DNA of 64,000 nucleotides from Lama glama (taxonomy: Eukaryota). The position numbers were made by a program, and so were the translations under genes. Within the stretch, counting starts at the first letter, position 1; every line of letters begins with the position of its first letter. The stretch is taken from positions 50,656,001 to 50,720,000 of the forward strand of contig CM052816.1 in assembly GCA_028534125.1 (NCBI GenBank), read 5' to 3'. Shown in pieces: positions 25,476 through 35,130 of the stretch. Below the pieces are notes generated by a model. That model was not told where the DNA came from and made no database searches. It saw nothing but the letters and a program-made list of their open reading frames with translations.

Positions 25476-26264
25476 TTTTTTTCTGTCACTTATTTCAGTG
25501 GGCATCCATATATTTAACCCTCATCGCAAGTCTCCCTATTCCTTGTAACATGAAAGAGCTTAAAGATACCTCATTTTGCCACTTATCTTTAAAATAAAAT
25601 CCCACAAGCAGAGTATTTTGAGTGGGTACCTGCTCATGCCAACCTGAAAGAACATCAGGTCAAGGAGAAGAGGAAGGGAAACGGATGATAAGTTTGTGTT
25701 GCCCCTAGAAACTGCATGTCTGGATGCATTTGAATAAAGCTTCTGAAATTACAGAAAGCAGCCTGAGGGTAAAACAGAATCCATTTGTAATAGCCCACCT
25801 CCCAGTTTGTAATGTAAAAGTTCTTCCTCTTTTTCACATCTGCTTGGCTCCTCTTTTCCCTGACCACAGCTCATACCATATGATCCCTGTTAAGAGAGCC
25901 GTTGTTGACTTATGTTCCAGTAACACCTTCATGAGGTGCTGATGGAGCAGGATGACATGCTCATAGCTTTCAGACCTTCCCCGGGGAAAAACAGGGTAAA
26001 AATGGAACGAACTACCAACTGTGTTCACAAATTCTCATTTGCAATGAGGACAAACGTTAAGCATTAGAGGTCAAGATAGTTTCTGCTGATCCTTACAGAA
26101 GCAAAACACATAAGGTATTTAATAGACTTACACTGAAAGATCATGCCTTTAGATGTTGTCAATTTCTCTTAGCTGCTAAAGTCAGAATTTAATTCAATTA
26201 CTGACCAAATGATTCTTAAGTGAATAATAACAAGTTAGAGTCATCACTAAAATCCCGAGGGTTT

Positions 26265-26360
26265 TTAAAAAAGAGCAATTAGTGGGCCTTTGACCTGGTA
26301 CATATTCAATTGTATTATAAAGCTACAGCAATGAAAACTGTGTGGTTTTGCTGTAGACAT
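26265..26360 (+). mobile_element. Old L1 ORF2 fragment
   Basis: 26310-26351 translates LYYKATAMKTVWFC; compare L1 ORF2 LYYKATVxKTxWYW. Confidence 0.85.
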
Positions 26361-26832
26361 CCAATCTGAGCTAATTCTGCATAATCACACCAAAATGATC
26401 TTATAAAAGTACAAAATATGTTATTTTTTTTTAATTTCCAAGAAATTTGTACCAAAGACATCCTTGGCCCTTGTTTTATATCTAACTCTTACACCAAAAA
26501 TGGAGAACTTTTACTTTATTCAGTGCTATACTGTTGGGGTTTTAAAAATTACATATGCATTAATTTTATAGCTATATCAATTCAATAAAATATTTCAAAA
26601 GCCTGTTATGTCAGCCAGCCTCCAAAAATATATTCTATTCTTCCTGTGTTTAATAAATTTCATATAATTCGTATATATTGTTGAGAGTATTGAATAAATG
26701 TTAGTATTAGTTCTGAATATCGCCCCTTCCCACACCTACTCCCTCGTAGTATCTAGTTTATGTCAATTCAACTAGATTTAAAATAAAGAAGTCTATAAAA
26801 ACAGAGGTGTATATCTTAGATCTTCAAATAAG

Positions 26833-27058
26833 TGCTATTAGTAAACAGTTAAATAATTGATCTGTTGAATGTACACGAATAAGACTGTAGTAAAGTCAAG
26901 AGAGAAACCAAAGTATTGAGAGGCAGACCATTTAACATACAAATGAATTCTCAGAAAATGCCCAGACCTTTGGTTTACTTTGCTTACATGATGAAATCAT
27001 CATGGGTAGGACAGAATCCACACTTTAAACTATATAATATATACCAACATAAAACTTT
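26833..27058 (+). repeat. Local diverged duplication, copy 2
   Basis: Direct repeat of 25248-25475 at an offset of 1585 bp. Confidence 0.92.
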
Positions 27059-27069
27059 GTTGTTATTTT

Positions 27070-27650
27070 CCTTGTTAGTCATGAGGGAAGGCCACATCTT
27101 GGTTGATAAAAGTAGGGGTTTTTCCTACCCAGCAAAAGTAGTTCTAGTCTCAGTAATCGTGGGACATGGTTACCCTTGGGGCAGAAATGAGTCATGGGGG
27201 GAGGTTTCAGTACTGAGTGTGGGAATGTGATGGGGGGAGGGTATGACAATAGGAATGATGATCTGTCCTTGGCCTATAAAGACCATCAAGGAGCAATCTG
27301 GGGCGCTGTGATTTTCTGTTTCTCATGGTGGCAGTTACTATAGCGAGAAAACTAGTGTGTTAGGTGGGCAGTCTCTGGGGAGCCAGTCAGGTTCCGCCAC
27401 TGTGGAGTTCCTCTAGTCTGAGGGGGTGTGTCTGAATTTCACACCACTGGGGGATGGTACAAGCAGCCAGGAATGAATGGAGACCTTGTGAGAACCCTGT
27501 TCTCTCCCTGGGATGGAGGGAGGTGTCAACAGGGGACATCAGAAAAGGACAACTGTGCCCAGGGACAGCTTAGGAATTTGTTGAGGACATCTATTTCCTA
27601 TAGTACTCACGGATGAGTTCTACACAGAATGACTGCTTGTTACCCACACA
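27070..27650 (+). mobile_element. Putative ancient LTR, family not identified
   Basis: G-rich block of about 570 bp with a TATA-like cctataaag near 27273, sharply different from the AT-rich flanks. Confidence 0.3.
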
Positions 27651-27992
27651 GAAGCATCCTCACTTCAAAACAGTCCTATCAATGCAGTCACACCAAGATG
27701 ATCGCTACAAAGAATAACACGACGATCTCTTTGACCGGAAAATGAAACAGAACATGTGAAGTTTTAATGGTATTTTGTTTTTGCCACACAATTCTTTATT
27801 CTAACAAAATTTCATGCACAAGCCCAGATACCTGGGGGAAGAAACACTGGTCTATTAAGAGGACTGGGAGACCTGAAACCTCTAGCTGTCATAGCAGACA
27901 AATCTGAAGACTGTCAACTCCACACCCTCCTTCTTAAACTGCATTTCAAAGGCTCAGAAGTCTCATGAGTCCACACTAAAGAAATCACTGGG

Positions 27993-28290
27993 ACTGAGTC
28001 CAGAAACACACCAACAAGTATTTGTGAGTTTGCTATGTAATGTAAGTGGCTTTTCAAACAAGCAGGGGAAGAAAATGGACAGAGAATAAATAAATAAATA
28101 AGGAGGGGGAGGCAGGGGAAAATCTGAAAGAAGTTACATCAAAATGTTACTTGTGGGGGTTTTTTTGGTGATGAGGTTATCAATGATTTTTTTTTTTAAC
28201 TTTTTGCTTTCCATCTTTCTATCTTGGAATAGGTTAGAATACATTTATTGCCTTTGTAATGAGAATATGTAATAAAGGACTTTGAATTAA
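27993..28290 (+). mobile_element. Old L1 (L1ME-like) ORF2 remnant plus 3' end
   Basis: Translates SPETHQQVFVSLLCNVSGFSNKQGK; compare ORF2 SPExxPxxYxxLxxDKxxxxxQWGK. Followed by 3'-UTR-like catcaaaatgttac...gatgaggttatcaatgatttt...gtaataaa. Confidence 0.65.
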
Positions 28291-28309
28291 AATCTAAACA
28301 AGCAAATGA

Positions 28310-28545
28310 GGAGTGCAGCTGCGCCTGGCATTCCGTTTTTATTGCACACAAAGAGGAGAAAGGAGACAGGACAAAAGCGAGAGTGTAAAATGAGTCAATG
28401 AGGCAAATCTGAGAGCGCCTGAGTGACTCAGAAGTGAGAAAGAGGCAGCGCCCAGTGAGGACGCAAACTGCGGCGTCGTTTATCTCCCACGTGCTGGTTC
28501 TCTGCTCCTGGAGCCTCCAGCATCCAGGCCAGACGAACGCCGGTA
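28310..28545. promoter_or_regulatory. Enhancer-like CpG-retaining motif cluster
   Basis: 13 CpGs in about 230 bp; TEAD CATTCC 28329; AP-1 TGAGTCA 28391 and TGACTCA 28424; GATA TTATCT 28480; E-box CACGTG 28488. Confidence 0.55.
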
Positions 28546-29776
28546 ACTGTTGGTGCTGGGCTGTTTGTCAGCCTGATCTCTGTGGAAACTAGGAGAAATG
28601 GGAATGAGCGTATTTTCCCATTTAGGTGGCAAATTCATCAGAAGTGAGAAGCCCTGTGTTGTGTCTAGCTATTACTTTTTGTCAAGGACTTCCTTTTGTA
28701 AGTGCTTTCTCTTCTGATGACTAAAATTTTTTCGGCATTTAATAAATTGTTTGTTTTTTTTTTCCTCTTTGCAAACAATCCAGGGAATAAAAAGCTAAAG
28801 TACCTAGTTACTAGCCTCCTTGAGCTGGCAGCAACATATTGGGACAGTGCCAAGGAATTGTTCTGCTAGACGCCACGTTGTAGAATAAATGCGGGTAGTT
28901 AGAAACAGTCAAAGTGCTAATTTGTAAGCGTTAAATTTAACAGCGCACTGGTGCTCTCACTGTGCTCGCCATCAGATTTCCCCAGAACAGCATTTTCAGA
29001 GGCAGAGGGAAGTGACGATTCACGTTGGTTTATTTTCTGTGGCTTCCACAGGATTGCATGGGAGGGATGGTTCAATGGAAGAGCCATTGGGTAGCTGCCA
29101 TTGTCACTGGCTCAGTGCCACTGACAGGGACTGCTTTGGGGCAGACCCCTAGCAGGAAGTTGCTCTTCCTGCCAAAGGGAGATTTAAAATCCCCAAGTCT
29201 GTCCACCGAGATCCCATGTTGGGCTGGAGAGAAGACCTCCCTGGCTGGAGAGACAGAAGGCCTGCCTACAGTCAAGGAGGCCATCAGCATTTTGCTAAAC
29301 AAAAAGGAGAGGAGCAGAGCTTTTTCTAGAAGTCTGTTGGTATACTCAGTACTTAAGACGATTTTTGGTGCTGACAAAGACTACAAGCTATCTGAGTGTC
29401 ATCATTCATTAGGGTATAAAGTGAGCATGCAGCAAGCATGCAGCTTGGGATATACAAGAGACTCCCCAGAATTTAGAAGAGACATCCTAGCTGGGCCAGC
29501 CCCCTTCTCTTGTTCATCCTGGTTGAGAATCATCAATATTTCCTTGATGAGCAAGATCTGGGGGCTGATCTCAGAACTCACTGTCCATCTTTTCAAGCCT
29601 GTTTACTAAGCTGCGTGATCTCAAACTGCTGCTTCAGGGCTTCCCAGCCAACATGTCCTTTAACAGCCACAGAATCTCTGCAGGTATTGTAAAATATGAT
29701 AGCAAAGGCTACTCTTTTTAAGTACCGATTTTGTGAAGCTATTTTATCACCTTTATTCCTTCAAAGTTTGTATTTT

Positions 29777-30225
29777 CAGGACCGGGATTAGCATGAAGCA
29801 GGTGCTGTACTCACTACAGGAGCAAAAGTTAAGGGGGCATCAAAAAACTCAGTACTCAACAAAAAACATATTTAAATGTATTATTTTTAAAAATCAAAAT
29901 TAATGCAAAAACTCCATGAGGAGTAAAATAGAATTTAGAACAAAAATGAGCTGTGAATCTCACAACCCTGTACTATTGTGTAAGAGGAACAGTCATTCCC
30001 AGTCAGCACGTCCCCCACCAGTCAGTTGATGAGGGTTGATAATGGTGTGTGAACAAATTGCGAAAGGCAGGGCTTTTTATGAAGGCAGGTTTTGTTTGTT
30101 TGTTTGTTTGTTTCGCTGGAGAGCTTCTATTAATTTTTTCCACTTAATTCAAAATAGGGGAGGGTATTTTGACAAATATATATAGGAGGGTATATTTTTC
30201 TTTTTGTTTCAGGCCCCCAGGGTAT
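29777..30225 (+). mobile_element. MER96B-like hAT DNA transposon
   Basis: caggaccgggattag...caaaagttaagggggcatcaaaaaactcagta...aaaatcaaaattaatgcaaaaactccatga. Confidence 0.8.
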
Positions 30226-30239
30226 TACATATTATTTTC

Positions 30240-30365
30240 CTAAACTGAGACATTTTCCTAAATTTAGAGATATGAGCTAACTTGCTCAGGGTCATGTAAA
30301 CTGGTGAGTGCTCAGGCTAGGGTTCCATCCAGCTTGGTTTGCCTGGCTAAGCATGCCACATCACA
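30240..30365 (-). mobile_element. MIR fragment
   Basis: taacttgctcagggtcatgtaaactggtgagtg...ggctagggttccatccag. Confidence 0.65.
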
Positions 30366-30659
30366 CAGACCAGAGTTAGCTCTGTAGGGACAACATTCCT
30401 TCATATGATTCTGGCTCCCCAGTAGGCGAGATCATGTAAGCAGTACATCTCAAGTGTGCAGAGCCTCCCAGGGGTACGTCTGGCTACAGGTGTGCCTTGG
30501 AAGCAGCTGGACAAGACCTGGGTGACTCTCTTCCAACACAAGTTCTTTTGCTTTGATGCATTGAAGAAATAAATTATGGTTTTCCTTGTAAAATACACCA
30601 CGATGTGAAAAAGGCTGGAAGGGTCAGCATGCTGTCAGACCCAAGCTCATTTCTCCTTG

Positions 30660-30960
30660 GGAGATCTAATTCTCTCACTCCCTCTGGACTGCTCTCCTGC
30701 CTTATCCCAGGAAAGGTTAGCACACTGATGCTATAACTTGGTTATTTGAAACTAGTCATTTCAGTAATTATGACATAATTAGGAGCTTCCTTCTTCCATC
30801 ACCTCTTGTATTATCTATGTATGAGTCTATCTCTTCTATTGAAATGTATGCTTGAGTGGTTGGGCCTTGTGTCTTTACAGGTTTCTCGTTTCCTTTTCCT
30901 GCTTCAACCCTAGTGCCTTGCGCAGTGCTCTGCACACATCAATGCTTAATGAATGCTAAG
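30660..30960 (+). mobile_element. L2 3' end
   Basis: ccctagtgccttgcgcagtgctctgcacacatcaatgcttaatgaatg. Confidence 0.7.
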
Positions 30961-31489
30961 CAAAGCGAGAATCAGAACCCGAAAACGTCTCATTGTGTCC
31001 TCCTAAGGGGGTAAGAAGGGAAGATGCAAATATGTACAAATCAATCTGGAATTTTTAAAAGAAGCTCTAATGATCTACTCAACTATTCTTTGTTATCATC
31101 TTTGCATTAACTACTTCAAATATAATTTTTTTTTGCCACAAGCATGTATACTTAGATAATACCAAAAACAAACAAACAAACAAACAAAAAACCCAGTAGA
31201 GCAGTTGTAAGTCCCAAACTAAAAACCGGCTATTTTAGTTGCCAAAACTATTGTTCAGATGCCAATGGCTTTTCATTCAGGCACCCAGTTGCGGAATGAG
31301 GCACACAATCTAATTCACAATAAGAGGTTCCACTTTAAAATAAAATTTATGAGCAGTAATTACGACATTGCTTGAAGTCACTGAATAAAATTGCAGCCTG
31401 CTTTCTAACTCGATTTCCTTTTTCATGTGGTTGTGTTGTCTGGGAAAGGTAAGCTTGAGGTTTAATTTACTTAAAGGAGAAGGTGGAGA

Positions 31490-31929
31490 GGGGGCGGAGG
31501 AGGGTTGTATGATTAGGTCTGCTCAGCAGGGCTTTTCGGTTTTCTTTTGTTTTTAAAAGCAAGACTTTCTCTCCTCCAATGCCTCAATGGGAAACGAGTT
31601 GCTTGGTAACCCGGGCACTGACTGGGGGCTGTTCCTCTTAGAGCTGCAACCGGGAGGGAGCTGCCTGTGAAGGTGACGGCTGTCAGCAACACTGTGCTCT
31701 GCGCTCGGAGCAGTTTCCGTGCAGAGCGCCGCAGCGAGCACAACCAGAACCCCAGAGCCCCTGGTCTCCTGGCTTGCCTGAATGTGTCCTCCAGCCCATT
31801 ACATACTTTTTTCCACACATATCATTTGTTTGCAGGCTGGAAATATAAAACTGCTCAAGAAAGAGAGGCCCAACTGTTGGTAAGAAACTTCTAATCCACA
31901 TTTAATATCTCACCATGTGTGTGGTAAGC
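31490..31929 (+). promoter_or_regulatory. Candidate non-CpG-island promoter with short first exon
   Basis: GC box GGGGCGGAGG 31491; CpG-rich 31600-31745; TATAAAA 31844; CACCATG with ATG at 31915; donor GTAAGC 31924. Confidence 0.4.
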
Positions 31930-32199
31930 AACTGAGTGATTTATCTTGTTCTCCTCTGTCTGCTTCTCAAGTTATGTGTACTTCCCTTTGGATGGAAGTC
32001 ATCTGTTGTTCTGCTTACAGTGTGTTATGAGCATCTGAAATTCAATACGAATTGAGTGGAAACACCTTTTTCATTGTTTCTCTTTTCTTTGGGTTTTTCT
32101 GCTAAGTTTTGGCCGGAGATTAGGTTTAAAACATCAAACATTAATAATTCAAGGGGGAAAAAGTTGGACAATGGAGGCAAACATTGTGGGTTTATTGTG

Positions 32200-32256
32200 A
32201 CAGAGGGAAACTATGTTACATACATTGTTTCATCTGGTGGTCACAACAATCCACTG

Positions 32257-32293
<37 letters not shown>

Positions 32294-32435
32294 GGGAGCG
32301 TGGTTCTACTATTATCTCAATTTTACAGATTAGTACCTGCAACTCAGAGATGTAAAGTAACCTCCAAGGTCACAGAGCTGGTAATTTGCAGGGCTAGGAA
32401 TGAAGCCAGGCAGTTTTAATCACTAGGCTACACTA
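32200..32435 (-). mobile_element. MIR with an inserted (GT)17
   Basis: tcacaacaatccactgaag[(GT)n]...attttacagat...ccaaggtcacagagctggtaa. Confidence 0.85.
32259..32292. repeat. (GT)17 perfect microsatellite
   Basis: Seen directly. Confidence 0.98.
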
Positions 32436-33249
32436 TATTGCTGAAATGGCTTTAAAAGACTCAGTTCAGGGAAAGGGAAGTTGCCCATATTGTTAATGCA
32501 TATCGTATAATGCTCAGATAGTAAAATCAAAGTAACTCAACTGATCTCCCAGAAAGATGCTCAGAATACAAGAGCCTCTGCCTAGTGTTCATCTCCAGAA
32601 GAAGGTGATTCGGCGAGAAGGTTAAAACGTCCCTGCTCTGCTGCAATAGCACGGCATTACTTTATGGCAGAATTCTGGGCCATCGGAATTTTCCCTGGAT
32701 AATTATAAAGCTCTGCTTGTCCAGACAACCTGCATTTATTGGTCCCCAGGAGGGAGGAAAGAAAAAGGAGGGGAAAGGTCACAGAGATGGTGTGAAAGAG
32801 GACGTTGGGAAAAGGGACCAATCAGGGCTTCTCTCAGCGCTGGTGGAAATGAGCCCTGCTCCTCTTTTGTTCCTACTCCAAGTTATTTGGCAACATTTTC
32901 TTCTCTCTTCTTGATTCTATTAAACTCCCTCGGGGCAGAATGACAGTCACAACAGCCAATTAGGGGGACACTGAAGGAAGAAGGGCCTTCGGTGACAACT
33001 CCTTCTCTGTCCACAGAGAAACAATCACCTCCCTGGAAGTGGCTGTAATTGCCCCATCCTTTCTTCTCCTTTCCGTCCTCCCCATCCCTGCCCTCTCAAT
33101 CAAGCTCCTTGGCCTAAAGCTAGCGAATTACAGGGACCAGAACAGCACGAATACGCTCCCACCCAGGTGGTTTGAATTAACGTGCAGGCAAATCAAAGCC
33201 TTCTTCTGGGATCAGCTAGCGGCTTGTCCCCAAGTCCCGCATGTACCAG

Positions 33250-33435
33250 AGTGTTTCTCAAGGTGTCCGTTTAGACTGCCTGCATCAGGCTTATGTGGGA
33301 GATTTTTAAAAAGGCAGATTCCTGGGAAGCTCTCAGATTCTCTGAGTCAGAAGCTCTTAGGGTGACGCTGGGAAATCAGCATTTTTAACCAGCTCCCTTG
33401 GTGATTCTTGAATACGCAGAGTTTGAAAACCATTG
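33250..33435. mobile_element. MER5A-type MITE
   Basis: Termini gagtgtttctcaagg and gtttgaaaaccattg; internal gcatttttaaccagctcccttggtgattct. Confidence 0.85.
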
Positions 33436-33734
33436 CCCTGCCACTTGCAAAGAGCTGTACATAGATTGCCAGGCTCAAATCCCAGATTCTCGAGAGGTTT
33501 GTCTCCTTATGCCCCTTTTTGGGCTTTTGTTGTTTTCGTCTCCACCCAGTCTAACATCTCAAACCAGTCAGTCTTCAGTTAAGAAGACCTGAGAAACCAG
33601 AGTCAATTTCCCTGCCAAAGGTGACAGGGAAAGGAAAATCAAACAAGCTTAGAAAAAAATTAAGACAGGAAGTGAGATATTCCTGGTGGATTATGGAGAG
33701 ACTTCATTTTAGCTGAATCTTTGACACCATGCCT

Positions 33735-33885
33735 GGAACAAGACTGGGTTCCAACCCAGCTTTATCACTTTGCCTCAGTCTCCTCATCTGTAAAATAGAG
33801 GTAATGAAGCATTTACCTCATAGTGTTGTTCTGAGGATGCAATGAGTTAATACAGGTCAAGTGCTTAGAACAGCGTCTGACTCAA
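33735..33885 (+). mobile_element. MIR fragment
   Basis: tgcctcagtctcctcatctgtaaaatagagg...gtgcttagaacagcgtctg. Confidence 0.85.
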
Positions 33886-34074
33886 TCCCGACAGCTAGTG
33901 AGCCAAGGTGGCAGAGAATGGTCGATGACCCGCAATTCAGTGAATTCCTCATGAGTCTCCAAGTTAGTTTGTAAACCTTAAGGATTATTGTCACCCTTTG
34001 TCATCTTCGATAAAAATGTTAAGAAAAAATATTAACAGAACTGAACGTTAAGAAATGTCACAGTGCACTTTACA

Positions 34075-34291
34075 TGAGATTTCTCAGCTTTAGCACTCGA
34101 GACAATTTGGGCCTGATAATTATTTTCTAGGGGGTTGGGGACTGTCCTGTGCATTGCATTTTTTTTTTTTATCAGCATTCGTGGCCACTACCGGTAACAT
34201 CTTCCCAGTTGCAACAACTAGAAATGTCTCCACACATTGCCAAATAACCCTTAGTGGGGGAGGGAAGCAAAATCATTCCTCACTGGAAATT
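34075..34291 (+). mobile_element. MER20 hAT-Charlie element
   Basis: tttctcagctttagcact...ggactgtcctgtgcattg...cccagttgcaacaactagaaatgtctccacacattgccaaat. Confidence 0.88.
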
Positions 34292-34299
34292 GCCTTATA

Positions 34300-34470
34300 T
34301 TTGTCAGTTTACAGTTTCAGAAGTGTCCACAAAAATTATACTTTCTCATTTTCTTACATCCTCTCTCCTAAGGTAGGCAGTGCAAATAGTCTATCATCAC
34401 TCCTAATTTACAAGTTAGATGATACTGAGATTAAGTGGCTTGTCCAAGGTCCCCTAGCTGGCTCTCAGAA
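34300..34470 (-). mobile_element. MIR fragment
   Basis: aatttacaagttagatgatactgagattaagtggcttgtccaaggtcccctagctgg. Confidence 0.65.
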
Positions 34471-34734
34471 TGGTTATGCTCCCAGTTTAGTTCTCAATTA
34501 ATCAGAACCCTCTACATCTTTGTCCATGAAGTACAAAGCCATTGTATGCCAACTCAAGCCCCGTAATGTCTGATGACCTTTTATCGTTTACTTTGGTAGA
34601 AAGTGAGTAAGCAAGTATCGTAAATTCAGTCTTGCCCTTCACAGGGTAGCCCTCAATCATCTTCCTTCCAGAAACTATTCAGTAATAATGAAAGAGGGTC
34701 TATAGACTCCAATACGTCAGGAACATGGTTCCTT

Positions 34735-35130
34735 ACTCTTTCACCGGACATTCACAGAACATCTGCCACACGCTTGCTACCGCGCTACCTACTGGGGAGT
34801 GCAAGGCAATTGGGAGGGGGACCATCCTTGACAGAGCTCACCGGCTGGTTGAGGATCAGTCACACACAAACACACATGATGATAATGCGGGCAAGATGAA
34901 CAAGGTGGTAAAGCGTGCCTGTGTGAAATAGCTCTGAGCTGGGGAAGCTGCAAGAGTCTGGGTTTGATGGAATATTCTGTGTGAGAAGTGGTAGGATATC
35001 AGGCAAGGCAGGCAAGGAGGGACCAGATCATAAAGGGGATCTGAAGTCCCTCTGGGTGGATTTTATTCTCTGGGTGATGGGAGCCTCTGGAAAGGGAGAA
35101 ACTCTCTTTTAAGACAAGTCTGGCCTAGAC
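34735..35130 (-). mobile_element. L2 3' fragment
   Basis: cattcacagaacatctgccacacgc...gagctcaccggctggttgagg...ggaccagatcataaagggg. Confidence 0.6.

Noticed and set aside
29025..29609. 194-aa plus-strand ORF
   Set aside because: TTG start, no recognisable homology and no convincing flanking splice sites; compatible with chance
31704..31721. Iron-responsive element
   Set aside because: Loop is CAGTTT rather than CAGWGH, and the bulged C is not five pairs from the loop
31728..31741. 13/14 match to the U6 5' end on the minus strand
   Set aside because: Similarity stops after 14 nt, with no tail or TSD
34565..34650. Possible C/D snoRNA (TGATGA)
   Set aside because: No suitably placed CTGA D box or terminal stem
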